This document shows positions 44,983 through 56,268 of a DNA stretch of 64,000 nucleotides, in pieces. The position numbers were made by a program, and so were the translations under genes. The DNA lies in the NCBI GenBank assembly GCA_963796455.1, contig CAWCLO010000001.1, forward strand, positions 640,001 through 704,000, read 5' to 3'. The DNA comes from Candidatus Sulfomarinibacteraceae bacterium. Its GTDB lineage: Bacteria; Acidobacteriota; Thermoanaerobaculia; Thermoanaerobaculales; Sulfomarinibacteraceae. Within the stretch, counting starts at the first letter, position 1. The number at the start of each line of letters is the position of its first letter. The notes beneath the pieces were generated by a model that worked only from the letters and a program-made list of their open reading frames with translations, was not told where the DNA came from and ran no database searches.

Positions 44983-45699
44983 ATGACCGAAAAACAACCA
45001 AGCCTCATCCATATGAGCGGCGTCAAAAAAGTTTTCCTGACCGATGAGGTGGAGACCCACGCGCTTTCCGATGTTCACCTCGAAATCGATCGCGGCGATT
45101 TTGTCACCATTTCCGGCCCGTCTGGAGGAGGCAAATCAACCCTGCTGTCGATCATGGGCCTCCTCGACACGCCCACCAGCGGTGAATACCACCTCAACGC
45201 TCATCCGGTTGAAGAACTCAGCGTTCGCGACCGCGCCCGGCTCAGGAATCAAGCGATCGGCTTTATTTTTCAGAGCTTTAATTTGATCGGCGATCTGACT
45301 GTTTTCGAAAACGTCGAACTGCCCCTCGTCTACCGCAACACCCCGTCGTCGGCCCGAAAGTCGATGGTGCGGGAAGCCCTCGAACAGGTCGGCATGGAGC
45401 ACCGGCTCAACCACTATCCATCCCAGCTTTCAGGCGGCCAACAGCAGCGCGTCGCCGTCGCCCGTGCCCTTGTCGGCAAACCGCTCATTCTGCTCGCGGA
45501 CGAACCGACCGGCAATCTCGACTCCCGAAGCGGCGAACGGGTCATGGACCTCCTCGGCAAGCTCCACTCCGACGGCGCCACCATCTGCATGGTGACCCAC
45601 GATCCCCGCTACTTGAAGTATGCCGAGCGCACCATCCACCTCTTTGACGGCCAGGTGGTGGACGAGACAGATCCAGCCGTCGTTGAAGCGACCCGTTGA
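44983..45699 (+). CDS. ABC transporter ATP-binding protein (MacB/LolD type)
   Basis: [26 protein letters not shown]. Confidence 0.96.
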   Translation: MTEKQPSLIHMSGVKKVFLTDEVETHALSDVHLEIDRGDFVTISGPSGGGKSTLLSIMGLLDTPTSGEYHLNAHPVEELSVRDRARLRNQAIGFIFQSFNLIGDLTVFENVELPLVYRNTPSSARKSMVREALEQVGMEHRLNHYPSQLSGGQQQRVAVARALVGKPLILLADEPTGNLDSRSGERVMDLLGKLHSDGATICMVTHDPRYLKYAERTIHLFDGQVVDETDPAVVEATR

Positions 45700-45722
45700 T
45701 CGATTGACGAAAGGGCGAGACG

Positions 45723-48140
45723 ATGTCCGACTTCATCCAGAACATCCGGTTCGGACTGCGTATGCTCCTCCGCCATCCGACAGTCACCGTCATTTCGGTA
45801 TTGACCCTTGCTCTCGGAATCGGTGCCAGCACGGCGGTCTTCAGCGTGATCGATTCGACCCTGCTCACCCCTCCCCCTTTTGAAGAACCCGAACGCCTGG
45901 TCCGGTTGTTTACCGCGAAGCCGTCGGTCGGGTGGGTGACCATGACAGTCTCGGGGCCTGACTACCGGGACTGGAGCGAACAGAGTTCGTCGGTCGAACA
46001 GGCGGGGATCTTTATTTTTGACGCCGTCAACGTCATGGGGGCGGAGCGTCCCGAACGGCTGATCGCGGTGAACGCCTCGGCCGAGGTCCTGCAGGTTCTC
46101 AGGATCCATCCCACTCTCGGCCGGACCTTCGAGAATTCTGCCGACAGCCCGGATGCGGAACACGTAGTTTTGTTGTCTGACAACACGTGGCGGCAAAGAT
46201 TCGGGGCGGATCCCGGGGTCATCGGCACCATGCTTCGCATCGACGACGTACCCCACGAAGTGATCGGCGTGCTGCCGCCCGAAACCGCGGCCGCCTTGAG
46301 ACGATTCGATCTTTGGACACCCTTCGCCTTTGGTCCATCCACGGAGTCGCGATCGAACCGCGCTTTCAGTTCGATCGCAAGATTGCGGCACGGGGTCACC
46401 GTCGCCGAGGCCGACCAGGAATTGAAAGTGATCGGCGACCGCCTCGCTGAGGCCTACCCGGATAGCAATCGAGGCCATACCGTTTCGGTGATCTCCCTGG
46501 CGGACGTACTCCTCGGCCGAAACACCCGTCCCATGCTTTTCGCGCTGTGTGCGGCCGTCGCTTTTGTATTGCTGATCGCATGCGTCAATATCGCCAACCT
46601 CCTCCTGGCAACCGCAACCAGCCGCGAACGGGAGTTTGCGGTTCGAACCGCACTCGGCGCCGGTCCCCGCCGGCTGGTTCGCCAACTCGTGACCGAATCG
46701 GCATTGCTGGCGGCAACGGGAGGAGCGCTCGGTATCGCAATCGCCTACCTGAGCATTGATGTCTTCGCTGCAGGGTTGAGGGATTACGTCGGCTTTATGG
46801 GTGAGGCGACGGTCGATGGGAGAGCTCTCGGCTTTTCACTCTCCGTGCTCGTCCTGACCAGCCTGGGAATCGGAATACCGGTTGCGCTCCGCGCCTCGAA
46901 ATCCCGTCTTCCGGAAATGATCGGTGCCAGCTCCCGCGCGGTATATGGAAGCCCGAGGGAGAGGCTCCGCAGGAATCTCATGGTGGTCGGCCAGGTGAGT
47001 CTGGCACTGGCTCTCCTGATTTGCGCCGGTTTGATGATCCGCAGCCTGGTCGAGCTGAGGTCAGTCGATCCCGGCTTCGACACCGACAATCTCCTGACAA
47101 TGCGGGTCTCGCTGCCCGATGAGAGATACCCCTCCGATGCCGAGCGGGAAGGATTTTTCACAGCTGCCGTTGGCGAGATCGCCACCGTCTCGGGCGTTCG
47201 CTCGGCTGCGGCCGTGTCGATGATCCCGCTCGAGGGTTACAACGGCAATTCGAGCATGAGCATCGAGGAACACCCCATCTCGGATCCCGCCGACAAGATT
47301 TTTGTCGGCAACGAGGCGGTCACACCGGGCTATCTCGAAACCATGGGCATCCCACTTCTTGAAGGTCGCGATTTTACCGCCCTCGACCGCGCCGATGCGC
47401 CTGCAGTCATCATCATCAACCGGCAAATGGCCCAACACTTCTGGCCGGAGGAGAGTGCGATCGGGAAACGGGTCAAATTCGGACCCCTGGACGGGGATTT
47501 GCCATGGATGGATGTGGTCGGGGTGATGGGTGACTACCGGATGACTTCGCTCGACGTCGGCCCTCGATTCGAAACTCTTTACCCCATGGGCCTGTTTCCC
47601 ACTTCAGCGATGACATTTGTCGTGAAGACCGAGATCGAGCCGACAACGTTGGCAAACACCGTTCAGCAGGCCATCCGGCGAATCGATCCGGAACTCGCCG
47701 TGTACAAGCTCGCAACCATGGCAGAACTTCGCACCCGGAACACACGATCCCTCAACCACCTGACCACGATTCTGGTGGGTTTCGGTCTCGTCGCCCTGGT
47801 GCTGGCGCTGAGCGGTGTCTACGGTCTGTTGTCTTTTGCCGTCGGTCTGCGGACCCAGGAAATCGGTCTGAGAATGGCTCTCGGTGCGGAGGCCCGCTCG
47901 ATCCTGGCCTCGATCCTCTATAAGAACCTGACGCTGGTGATGGGGGGTGTCCTGGCCGGGGGTTTGATTGCATGGATTCTCGGCCGATGGCTCCAGGACG
48001 TGCTCTTTGAGGTTTCGACCTTCGATCCTGTGGTTTATGCCGTGGTGGCAACAGGAATGATGGTGGTTGGGCTCCTGGCCGGGCTGATACCGGCACTGCG
48101 GGCCTCCCGGATCAATCCGGTTGTCGCACTTCGCGAGTAA
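45723..48140 (+). CDS. ADOP-type ABC permease
   Basis: LALGIGASTAVFS, LLIACVNIANLLL, EIGLRMALGA. Confidence 0.93.
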   Translation: MSDFIQNIRFGLRMLLRHPTVTVISVLTLALGIGASTAVFSVIDSTLLTPPPFEEPERLVRLFTAKPSVGWVTMTVSGPDYRDWSEQSSSVEQAGIFIFDAVNVMGAERPERLIAVNASAEVLQVLRIHPTLGRTFENSADSPDAEHVVLLSDNTWRQRFGADPGVIGTMLRIDDVPHEVIGVLPPETAAALRRFDLWTPFAFGPSTESRSNRAFSSIARLRHGVTVAEADQELKVIGDRLAEAYPDSNRGHTVSVISLADVLLGRNTRPMLFALCAAVAFVLLIACVNIANLLLATATSREREFAVRTALGAGPRRLVRQLVTESALLAATGGALGIAIAYLSIDVFAAGLRDYVGFMGEATVDGRALGFSLSVLVLTSLGIGIPVALRASKSRLPEMIGASSRAVYGSPRERLRRNLMVVGQVSLALALLICAGLMIRSLVELRSVDPGFDTDNLLTMRVSLPDERYPSDAEREGFFTAAVGEIATVSGVRSAAAVSMIPLEGYNGNSSMSIEEHPISDPADKIFVGNEAVTPGYLETMGIPLLEGRDFTALDRADAPAVIIINRQMAQHFWPEESAIGKRVKFGPLDGDLPWMDVVGVMGDYRMTSLDVGPRFETLYPMGLFPTSAMTFVVKTEIEPTTLANTVQQAIRRIDPELAVYKLATMAELRTRNTRSLNHLTTILVGFGLVALVLALSGVYGLLSFAVGLRTQEIGLRMALGAEARSILASILYKNLTLVMGGVLAGGLIAWILGRWLQDVLFEVSTFDPVVYAVVATGMMVVGLLAGLIPALRASRINPVVALRE

Positions 48141-48175
48141 TCCGTGTCTCGGTTACGATGTCGCTACGAGGACGC

Positions 48176-49549
48176 ATGATGACGGAGCACCAAGCAACGC
48201 CGCGAATCCTGATCGCCGACGATCAGCCGGATATCCTGGAGTCCCTGCGGCTTCTGATCAAACCCGAGGGCTATGTGGTCGAGACGGCTGATACGCCGGA
48301 CAAAGTGATCGAGGCCATCGCCAATCGGGATTTTGATGTCGCCCTCGTCGACCTCAATTATTCTCGCGACACCACCTCAGGCGCCGAGGGGTTGGAGTTG
48401 ATAGCAGCGTTGCAGGCACTCGACAGCACCTTGCCGGTCGTGGTGATGACCGCGTGGGGAAGCGTCGGACTGGCGGTTCAGGCGATCCAGGTCGGGGCCC
48501 GCGATTTCATCGAAAAACCATGGGACAACGACCGCCTTCTGTCGATCCTCCGGATCCAGGTCGACCTCAGCCGGGCTCTCCGCCGGGGGCAGCGCCTCGA
48601 GGCCGAGAACACGACCCTGCTCATGAAGGATGCGCCGGATCTCATCGCCACATCCCCTCGTATGGAGCCGGTACTCGAGTTGATTTCCCGGGTCGGTCCA
48701 TCCGACGCCAATATCCTGATTACCGGTGAGCACGGCACCGGCAAAGAAGTGGTTGCGAGGCGGCTGCACGCGGTGTCCGCCCGTGGCGAACGCCCGCTGA
48801 TCACAGTAAACGTCGGTGGGCTCCCGGAGGGTGTCTTCGCGAGCGAGCTCTTCGGTCACGTCAAGGGCGCGTTCACCGATGCGAAGGGCGATCGCATGGG
48901 CCGTTTCGAAATGGCCGACGGCGGCACCCTCTTCCTCGACGAGATCGCCAACGTCCCCTTGGATCAACAGGCGAAGCTGCTGCGGACTCTCGAAACCGGA
49001 GAACTCGAACGGGTCGGATCATCCAAGACAACGACGGTCGATGCTCGGATTCTCTCGGCGACCAACGCCGATCTCCGCCACGAGGTGGAAGAAGGCAGAT
49101 TCCGTGAAGACCTTCTTTTCCGCCTCAACACGGTCGAGATTCGGCTGCCTCCGCTCCGCGATCGTCCGGAGGACATCCCGCTTCTGGCCAACCACTTCCT
49201 CGGTCGGTTCGCACAGAAGTACCGGAAGCCGTTGGTGGGCTTGGACGGAGCCGCGACCACCACTCTCTTGCGTCACGGTTGGCCCGGAAACGTCCGCGAA
49301 CTCGCTCACGTGGTGGAAAGAGCGGTCCTGATGGCCGACGGTGAAACAGTCAAAGCCGACCATCTCGGCATCAATGAGGGTACTTCCACCACGACTGTCA
49401 CGCTCGACGAGATGAGCCTCGACGACCTCGAAAAAGTTTTTGTTCAGAAAGCGATGCGCCGCTACGACGGCAATGTGAGCCAGGCCGCCCAGGCGCTCGG
49501 TCTGAGCCGCAGCGCACTTTACCGACGGCTCGAGAAACACGGTTTGTGA
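48176..49549 (+). CDS. Sigma54-dependent response regulator
   Basis: Receiver domain, GEHGTGKE, GAFTDA loop, WPGNVREL, HTH. Confidence 0.95.
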   Translation: MMTEHQATPRILIADDQPDILESLRLLIKPEGYVVETADTPDKVIEAIANRDFDVALVDLNYSRDTTSGAEGLELIAALQALDSTLPVVVMTAWGSVGLAVQAIQVGARDFIEKPWDNDRLLSILRIQVDLSRALRRGQRLEAENTTLLMKDAPDLIATSPRMEPVLELISRVGPSDANILITGEHGTGKEVVARRLHAVSARGERPLITVNVGGLPEGVFASELFGHVKGAFTDAKGDRMGRFEMADGGTLFLDEIANVPLDQQAKLLRTLETGELERVGSSKTTTVDARILSATNADLRHEVEEGRFREDLLFRLNTVEIRLPPLRDRPEDIPLLANHFLGRFAQKYRKPLVGLDGAATTTLLRHGWPGNVRELAHVVERAVLMADGETVKADHLGINEGTSTTTVTLDEMSLDDLEKVFVQKAMRRYDGNVSQAAQALGLSRSALYRRLEKHGL

Positions 49550-50859
49550 AAAGGCGACACGCGCTTCTTTCGGTTCTCGTTCTTCTCACTGGGTTGATTC
49601 CCACCGCAGTGGCCGGTTTCTTCTTGTGGCGGTCCGATTTTTCGCCTTCCGTGCGAAATCTGCTCATCGGCGGCCTGGTGGTGATCTGGTTGGGAATGGT
49701 CTTGATCGTTCGCGCCCGGACGGCATACCACCTGCGCACCCTTTCCAATCTCCTCGCCGCATTGCGCGAGGGCGACTATTCGTTTCGAGCCCGCCAGGTC
49801 TCGCGCGCGGATCCCTTTGCGGAAGTGATCACCGAACTCAACCTCCTCGCCCGAACCCTCAGGCAACAACGGGTCGAAGACCTCGAAGCCACTTCCCTGG
49901 TGCGCAAGGTGATGGCCGAGATCGACGTGGCGGTCCTCGCATTTGATGGCTCGGGCCGGTTGCGCCAGGTCAACGCCGCCGGGGAGGAGCTCTTTTTGAA
50001 CGAAGAGGGCCTGATCGGCAAAACTGCCGTGGATCTGGGTCTCGAAGACTGTCTGACGGGCCCGCCGGCAAGAACCGTCGAACTCGAGATCGGTGCGACG
50101 ACGGGACGATGGGAAATGCGGCGAGGAACATTCCGACAACACGGTCGTCCCAACCAGCTCCTGGTTCTGTCGGATGTCAGCCGGACCCTGCACGCCGAAG
50201 AGCTTGCGGCCTGGAAGCGACTCATCCGGGTCATCGGGCACGAACTCAACAACTCGCTGGCGCCGATCACGTCGCTTGCGGGAAGCCTCGAAAAGCTGGT
50301 GGATCAGGACCCACTCTCCGAGGATTGGCGGAGCGATCTCGGGCGGGGTCTCGATGTCATCTCGTCCAGGGTCGAAGCGCTCAACCGATTCATGGGCGAT
50401 TGTTCCCGGCTCGCCAAGCTCCCGGAGCCGACAATCGGAAAATTCGACCTCACAAGCTGCATAACCAGGGTTGCGGACCTCGAGAACCGGACCCCGATAA
50501 CGATTCTTGGCGGCCCCGAACTTTTTGTCGAGGCCGACCAGGATCAAATCGAGCAGGTGCTCATCAACCTGATTCGGAACGCGGTCGAAGCCAGCCTCGC
50601 AAATGACGCCCCGGTGGAAATCGCCTGGACAATTGTTAGCGGTCAGATCGAAATTTCGGTCCGTGACCAGGGACCCGGTCTGCCCGATTCGGCAAACCTC
50701 TTTGTTCCCTTCTTCACCACCAAAGCCGAGGGCTCGGGTATCGGCCTTTTTCTGAGCCGCCAGATCGCCGAGGCCCACGGAGGTTCGATCAACGTCGGCA
50801 ACAGGGTGCCTGGGCCGGGTTGTGAGGCAGTCTTGCAGTTGCCGTTGGAAGATCGGTAA
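49546..50859 (+). CDS. Sensor histidine kinase (NtrY-like)
   Basis: Two TMs, HELNNSLAPI, NLIRNA, DQGPG, PFFTTK, GSGIGL. Confidence 0.93.
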   Translation: MKRRHALLSVLVLLTGLIPTAVAGFFLWRSDFSPSVRNLLIGGLVVIWLGMVLIVRARTAYHLRTLSNLLAALREGDYSFRARQVSRADPFAEVITELNLLARTLRQQRVEDLEATSLVRKVMAEIDVAVLAFDGSGRLRQVNAAGEELFLNEEGLIGKTAVDLGLEDCLTGPPARTVELEIGATTGRWEMRRGTFRQHGRPNQLLVLSDVSRTLHAEELAAWKRLIRVIGHELNNSLAPITSLAGSLEKLVDQDPLSEDWRSDLGRGLDVISSRVEALNRFMGDCSRLAKLPEPTIGKFDLTSCITRVADLENRTPITILGGPELFVEADQDQIEQVLINLIRNAVEASLANDAPVEIAWTIVSGQIEISVRDQGPGLPDSANLFVPFFTTKAEGSGIGLFLSRQIAEAHGGSINVGNRVPGPGCEAVLQLPLEDR

Positions 50860-50870
50860 CGCCGTTGAGC

Positions 50871-50904
50871 GTGGCTATGGGGCTATGGGGCTATGGGGCT
50901 ATGG
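50871..50904 (+). repeat. (GGGGCTAT)n octamer array
   Basis: One variant plus three exact copies. Confidence 0.9.
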
Positions 50905-51053
50905 CGCCGATCCTCTCAGATCAAGGGGTCTGCACAAAACCTCATCGCCAGGCCGCTTCAGCGGCCGGCCATTGCCTTATAGCGTTCCTCCCAGCATTCA
51001 TGCAGTTTTGTTGTCGCGGAAATTTCGTTGCCGCCGGATATACAATCTCGCTG

Positions 51054-51443
51054 ATGCATCCCCCTTCCTCACACCGCCTCGGCCGCCGCGCCGAATGGGC
51101 CGCCCTTCTGCTCCTGGTGGCAAAGGGTTATCGCCCGCGCCATCGGAGGTGGCGGGGCGGTGGAGGCGAACTCGATCTGGTGATGCAGCAACACGGGGAG
51201 ATCGTTTTTGTGGAGGTCAAAGCGAGATCGAGCGATCAGTTCGGTGGAGCCGTTGCAGCGATCGACGGCCACAAGAAAAAGACGCTCATTCGGGCGTCCT
51301 CCGCCTATCTCAGCCGCTTCGGGCTCTGGGAAAAGCCCTGCCGATTCGATGTCGTCACCTTCGAACGAAAAGGCGGTCTCGTACCGTGGAGCGTCCGCCA
51401 TTATCGCAACGCCTTCCAGCCCGACCTCGGCCGCATGATGTAG
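51054..51443 (+). CDS. yraN: YraN (UPF0102) family protein
   Basis: GRRAE, GELDLV, FVEVKAR, CRFDVV. Confidence 0.93.
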   Translation: MHPPSSHRLGRRAEWAALLLLVAKGYRPRHRRWRGGGGELDLVMQQHGEIVFVEVKARSSDQFGGAVAAIDGHKKKTLIRASSAYLSRFGLWEKPCRFDVVTFERKGGLVPWSVRHYRNAFQPDLGRMM

Positions 51444-51467
51444 CAGCAACGACGTCGCTTTTCACGA

Positions 51468-51896
51468 CAGATGCTAGATGCTAGATGCTGGATACAAGAT
51501 GCTCGATGCTCGATGCTCGATTCACACACCGATCAGAATGAGATTTCTTGGGGTGGGCAACGGATCGAGCGACAGAGCTTTCCAAGTCACGCGTGGCAGC
51601 GTCAGTTTGCAGCGGCAGTGAACAGCAATCAGTATTCAGCGGCAGCGGTCAGGAGTCCAGGCGGCGACGCGGCCACCTCCGGTTCGTTCAAAAAATCAAG
51701 TTGCCAGTGGGCGCTGTCGCTGTCCCTGCCGCTGGACACTGCCGCCGTCGCTGATCACTGACGCTGCCCCTGAATGCTGTCGCTGACTCCTCTTCGCTGC
51801 CCTTGCCGGTGATCTGCATCTATCTGCGTTATCTGCGGTCTGCAGCGTGGGCGGGTGGGCGGAAATTCCTAATTCCTAATTCCTAATTCCGAACTC
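51468..51896. mobile_element. Four-helix-bundle repeat element, copy I (no coding remnant)
   Basis: GATGCT arm, CAGCG arm, CAGGAGTCCAGGCG flank, 42-bp core 51671-51712, CGCTG arm, ATCTGCG and AATTCCT arrays. Confidence 0.6.
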
Positions 51897-51898
51897 AC

Positions 51899-54800
51899 CT
51901 AGCCTTCCACCGGGGATACCTGCCTGCTGACCCGTACCTCCTCCTCGGTGGCTCCGAAGATCGCTTTGATGTCCTCGAGAATTCGATACAGCGTCGGGAT
52001 CAGAATCAGGGTGATCGCCGTCGCAAAAACGATTCCGTAGCCGAGGCTGACCGCCATCGGGATCAGGAATTTCGCCTGCATGCTGGTCTCGAAGATCATC
52101 GGCGTCAGACCGAGGAAGGTGGTGGCCGTGGTCAGCATGATCGGCCGGAACCGGCGTTCACCGCTTTCGCGAATGGCCTGGTCAACCGTCGACCCAGCGG
52201 CTCGCATCCGGTTGATGAGATCAATCAGGATCAGCGAGTCGTTGACCACGACCCCGGTGAGCGCCACCATCCCGAACATCGACAACATGGTCAGATCCAG
52301 ACCCATGAGCAGGTGGCCGAAGACGGCGCCGACAAGGCCGAACGGAATGGCCGACATGATGATCAACGGCTGGAAATAGGATCTGAACGGAATCGCCAGG
52401 AGGGCAAAGATCGCCAATTGCGCCACCAGGAAATTCACTTTCATGCTGTCCAATGACTCGGACTGCTGCCGTTGTTCGCCTTCAAAATCAAAGGTCAGCC
52501 CAGGGAAATCGGCCCCCAGCGCCGGCAGAACCTCCTTGCGTAGATCATCGGAAATCTCGTTGGCGTTGGCGACGCTTTCATCAACATCCGATGTCACGGT
52601 GACGACACGACGCCGGTCGGTGCGGTTGATCACCGAATAACCCCTGCCCTCTTGGACGTCTGCAACCGTCGTGAAGGGGACTTCAGCGCCGTCGGGCAAT
52701 CGAATTCGCATCTCGTCGATGTCGCCCCGTGAACGACGCTCGGCCTCCGGATACCGGACCATGACCCTGATGTCGTCACGACCCCTTTGGATGCGCTGGA
52801 CTTCCTGGCCGTAGAACCCTGACCGAACCTGGCGTGCCAGATCCGACAGGGTGAGACCCGCCGCCCGTCCTTCGGGAGTCAGGGTCAGCTTGAGTTCTTT
52901 TTTGCCGGGCAGGAAGGAATCCGCCACATCTTTGGTACCGGGATATTCGGCGATGATCGCCTTGAGCCGGTCGACCGCGATCAGCAAGGTCTCGAAATCC
53001 CGGTGGGCGAGTTGCACGCTGACCGGATCACCGGCCGAAAACATATTTGCTTTGAAAGTCAACGAGACCGCGCCCGGCACCTCACCGACGATTTCACGCC
53101 ATCGGCTGACGAGCTCGGCGGATCCCACATCCCGGTCCTCCGCGCCGAGAAGCTCGACATTGACTTCACCGAGATGAGAGGAGTCGCCGCCTGAAGACCG
53201 CTGCGCCATCGGTCCGCCTCCACCGGCCGACGGCTGTTGGCCGACGGTGTTGGAAATGTGGCGGACAATCGATGGAGAGCCCTCCGGCTGACCTTCATCA
53301 AAATCGCGCCGAAGAGCCTCGGCTCCCGCCTCGATCCGGGCCAGGATCGCCTCGGTCTGCGAAACCGGCGTTCCCTGTGGCATCGTGAGCTGGGCAACCA
53401 TGTTGTCGGAGTCGACCCTCGGCATGAAGCTGAACTTGAGGAACCCGCCGGCTACCAGCGACACACTGAGAAAAAGAAAGACCAGGGCCACCGCCACCGT
53501 CAGATAGCGCCACTCCAGGGCAAAGCCCAGGGACTTGCGGTACGGCCCTTTGATGAACCACTTGAGCCCGGCCTGGACCTTGTTCTGAACACGCTCGATC
53601 GGACCGAGGAATGGGCCGACGATGCGGTTGAAGATCTTGCCCTCACCGGACAGGTGAGCCGGCAGGATCAGCAGGGCCTCCACCAGCGACATCAAGAGCA
53701 CCATGATCACCACGACCGGAATCTGGCGCATGACTTTGCCCATGTTACCGGCCACGAAGAGCAGCGGTGCAAAGGCCGCTACCGTCGTGATAATGGCAAA
53801 GGTCACCGGCATGGCCATCTCACGAACACCTCGGATCGCCGCATCGAGGGGCTTCATGCCCTGTTCCAGATAATTGAAGATGTTTTCACCAACCACGATC
53901 GCATCATCGACAACGATTCCGAGCACCACGATGAATGCGAAGAGCGAGATCATGTTGATGGTGACATCGGCGTAGGGAATCAACCACAGACCACCCAGGA
54001 AGGAGATCGGGATGCCCATGGTGGTCCAGAAAGCGAGCCTCGTGTTGAGGAACAACGCAAGGCAGGCGAAGACCAGGATCAAACCATAGCTCGCATTCTT
54101 GAGCAGCAGGCCGATACGTTGCTTGAGAATGATCGAGTCGTCGTCCCACGTATCGACGGAGATTCCCATCGGGAGCTCTGGTTCGAGCGTCTCGAGATAT
54201 CTCTTGGTGGTCCTGGCAACCTCGAGGGCGCCTTCAGCGCCCACCCTGTAGACCTGGATCGAAACCGCCCTCTTCCCGTCAAATCTGGAAGCGGTATCGG
54301 TGTCCTCGAAACCATCGATCACCGTAGCCACATCGGACAGATAGACACGTGTGCCATCCGACCTGGTCACCACCACGATGTCCTCGAATTCGACTCCACG
54401 ATAAAGCTGGCCCTTTGTCCGAAGCAGGATCTCGCCGCCGCGGGTCTTGACCGCACCGCCGGGCAGATCGAGCGACGACATCGAAACCGCTCCCGCCACC
54501 TGCTCGAAGCTGAGACCGAAGCGGCGCAGGGCCTCCTCCGACACTTCGATGGAGATCTCGTAATTTCGGACGCCGGCCACCTCCACCTGGGAGATTCCTT
54601 CAATTGCGGTCACCTCGTCGCGGACTCTTTCGGCCAGGGCCTTCAGTGCCTTCTCGGAGGCATCACCATAGAGCACGATGGTGATCACCCTTCGCCGGGT
54701 ATCGACCTCTGAGACCACCGGTTTTTCGGTCTCGACGGGGAAGGTCTCGATACGGTCCACCGCCGCCTTGATGTCGTCGAGCACCTCGCGATTATCGGCG

Positions 54801-55108
54801 TCCTCTTCGAGTTCGGCGGTCACCGTCCCCAGGTTTTCCTGTGCCGATGAACGAATACGTTTGATGCCTTCGATGGAAGCGATGGCCTCCTCGACGCGAA
54901 TGCACACACCCTCTTCCGCCTCGGCCGGAGAGGCACCGCGGTAGGGCACCCGGATCGTCACCGTGTCCGTCTCGATTTCGGGGAAGACCTCGATGACAAC
55001 GGTGAGGAGCGACAACGCACCCGATACCAACACGAAGATCATGAGGATGTTGGCCGCCACGTGATTGGCGGCAAACCAGGCCAGGGGCCCTTTGCGGCTG
55101 TCTTTCAT
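51899..55108 (-). CDS. RND efflux permease (AcrB family)
   Basis: GIVVDDAIVVGEN, GVVVNDSL, RFRPIMLT; 1069 aa. Confidence 0.95.
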   Translation of the reverse strand: MKDSRKGPLAWFAANHVAANILMIFVLVSGALSLLTVVIEVFPEIETDTVTIRVPYRGASPAEAEEGVCIRVEEAIASIEGIKRIRSSAQENLGTVTAELEEDADNREVLDDIKAAVDRIETFPVETEKPVVSEVDTRRRVITIVLYGDASEKALKALAERVRDEVTAIEGISQVEVAGVRNYEISIEVSEEALRRFGLSFEQVAGAVSMSSLDLPGGAVKTRGGEILLRTKGQLYRGVEFEDIVVVTRSDGTRVYLSDVATVIDGFEDTDTASRFDGKRAVSIQVYRVGAEGALEVARTTKRYLETLEPELPMGISVDTWDDDSIILKQRIGLLLKNASYGLILVFACLALFLNTRLAFWTTMGIPISFLGGLWLIPYADVTINMISLFAFIVVLGIVVDDAIVVGENIFNYLEQGMKPLDAAIRGVREMAMPVTFAIITTVAAFAPLLFVAGNMGKVMRQIPVVVIMVLLMSLVEALLILPAHLSGEGKIFNRIVGPFLGPIERVQNKVQAGLKWFIKGPYRKSLGFALEWRYLTVAVALVFLFLSVSLVAGGFLKFSFMPRVDSDNMVAQLTMPQGTPVSQTEAILARIEAGAEALRRDFDEGQPEGSPSIVRHISNTVGQQPSAGGGGPMAQRSSGGDSSHLGEVNVELLGAEDRDVGSAELVSRWREIVGEVPGAVSLTFKANMFSAGDPVSVQLAHRDFETLLIAVDRLKAIIAEYPGTKDVADSFLPGKKELKLTLTPEGRAAGLTLSDLARQVRSGFYGQEVQRIQRGRDDIRVMVRYPEAERRSRGDIDEMRIRLPDGAEVPFTTVADVQEGRGYSVINRTDRRRVVTVTSDVDESVANANEISDDLRKEVLPALGADFPGLTFDFEGEQRQQSESLDSMKVNFLVAQLAIFALLAIPFRSYFQPLIIMSAIPFGLVGAVFGHLLMGLDLTMLSMFGMVALTGVVVNDSLILIDLINRMRAAGSTVDQAIRESGERRFRPIMLTTATTFLGLTPMIFETSMQAKFLIPMAVSLGYGIVFATAITLILIPTLYRILEDIKAIFGATEEEVRVSRQVSPVEG

Positions 55109-56268
55109 ACCGCTCCTCCCGCCTCGGCGTCGGTTTGTCGAACCGTCATGCCATCGGTCACGGCGTCGAGCGAGCTGATCACCACCAGATCGCCCTTCTC
55201 CAGACCCGAAGAAATCAGGGTCTGCTGCCGATCCGCCCGCAGGATCTCCACGTCGCGGATTCTGAGCGCTCCGTCTTCGAAGACCCAGACGCTGTGGCCG
55301 TCACGGATGGCGTGGCGGGGAACGGACACGACTTCGTTCAAAATCCGGCCATTGATTTTGACGTCGACAAAGCTACCGGGCAACAGGGCCGGACGTCCAC
55401 CCGATGTGTCATAGGGTTTCGGAACCTCGACCACCACATGCACCATCCGCGAGGCCTGGTCCACCTGCGCCTCCATACGGGTCACCCGTCCATCCCAAAC
55501 CGACCTGCCGCCCGCGAAGTTCACGCTCACCTCAGCCGGCGAGCCCTGTGTCCTCCCATTCGAAGGCACCGTGAACCACGCCATTTCACGGCTGTCCAGG
55601 GGAACGCGAACGTCAACCACCTGGGTTCCATAAACCGTCGCGAGCCGGCTGCCGTTGCCGACAAACTGGCCGACATCGACGTTTTCAGAAACTACGACCC
55701 CGTCAAAGGGCAGCGTCACTCGGGTTCGCTCGAGGCTGAGTTTCGCACCACTGAGATCCGCTTCGGCGGCGGCCAATTCCGCCTCGGCCTGGCGGATTTG
55801 AGGATCCCTGACGACGAGACCGGTCGGTTCTTCATCGGGATGCAGCTCGTACCACTCCGCCCGCGCCACCTCGGCCTCGGCCTGCTCGCGCTCGAGGGTG
55901 ACCCCGGCGCGGGCGACGGCCGCCTGGGCCCGTTCCACTGCGAGGTCGTAGTCACGCGGATCGATCACGACCAGCACCTCGCCCGCAGAGAAGAAACCAC
56001 CCGCCACCAGCGAGGGGTGAACCTTGACCACCTGGCCCGCCACCTGCGGCACGATATCGACCGAGACCCGGGCCACCACCTCGCCGTGACCGGTCACGAC
56101 GACAGGCACATCCGTGATCTCGGTCGCCATGACCTCGACCAGAGGCCCGAGAGGCGGTCGATCGACACGCGGTGGTGCCTTGCGGGCGGAAGCGAGGAAG
56201 GCAGCAGCAGCGACACCGGCGAGGACAACGATGATGGGGAGAACGAGTTTGAGCGCTTTTGAGGACAT
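55105..56268 (-). CDS. RND periplasmic adaptor
   Basis: PQVAGQV, LERTRVTLPFDG, LLPGSFV. Confidence 0.93.
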   Translation of the reverse strand: MSSKALKLVLPIIVVLAGVAAAAFLASARKAPPRVDRPPLGPLVEVMATEITDVPVVVTGHGEVVARVSVDIVPQVAGQVVKVHPSLVAGGFFSAGEVLVVIDPRDYDLAVERAQAAVARAGVTLEREQAEAEVARAEWYELHPDEEPTGLVVRDPQIRQAEAELAAAEADLSGAKLSLERTRVTLPFDGVVVSENVDVGQFVGNGSRLATVYGTQVVDVRVPLDSREMAWFTVPSNGRTQGSPAEVSVNFAGGRSVWDGRVTRMEAQVDQASRMVHVVVEVPKPYDTSGGRPALLPGSFVDVKINGRILNEVVSVPRHAIRDGHSVWVFEDGALRIRDVEILRADRQQTLISSGLEKGDLVVISSLDAVTDGMTVRQTDAEAGGAV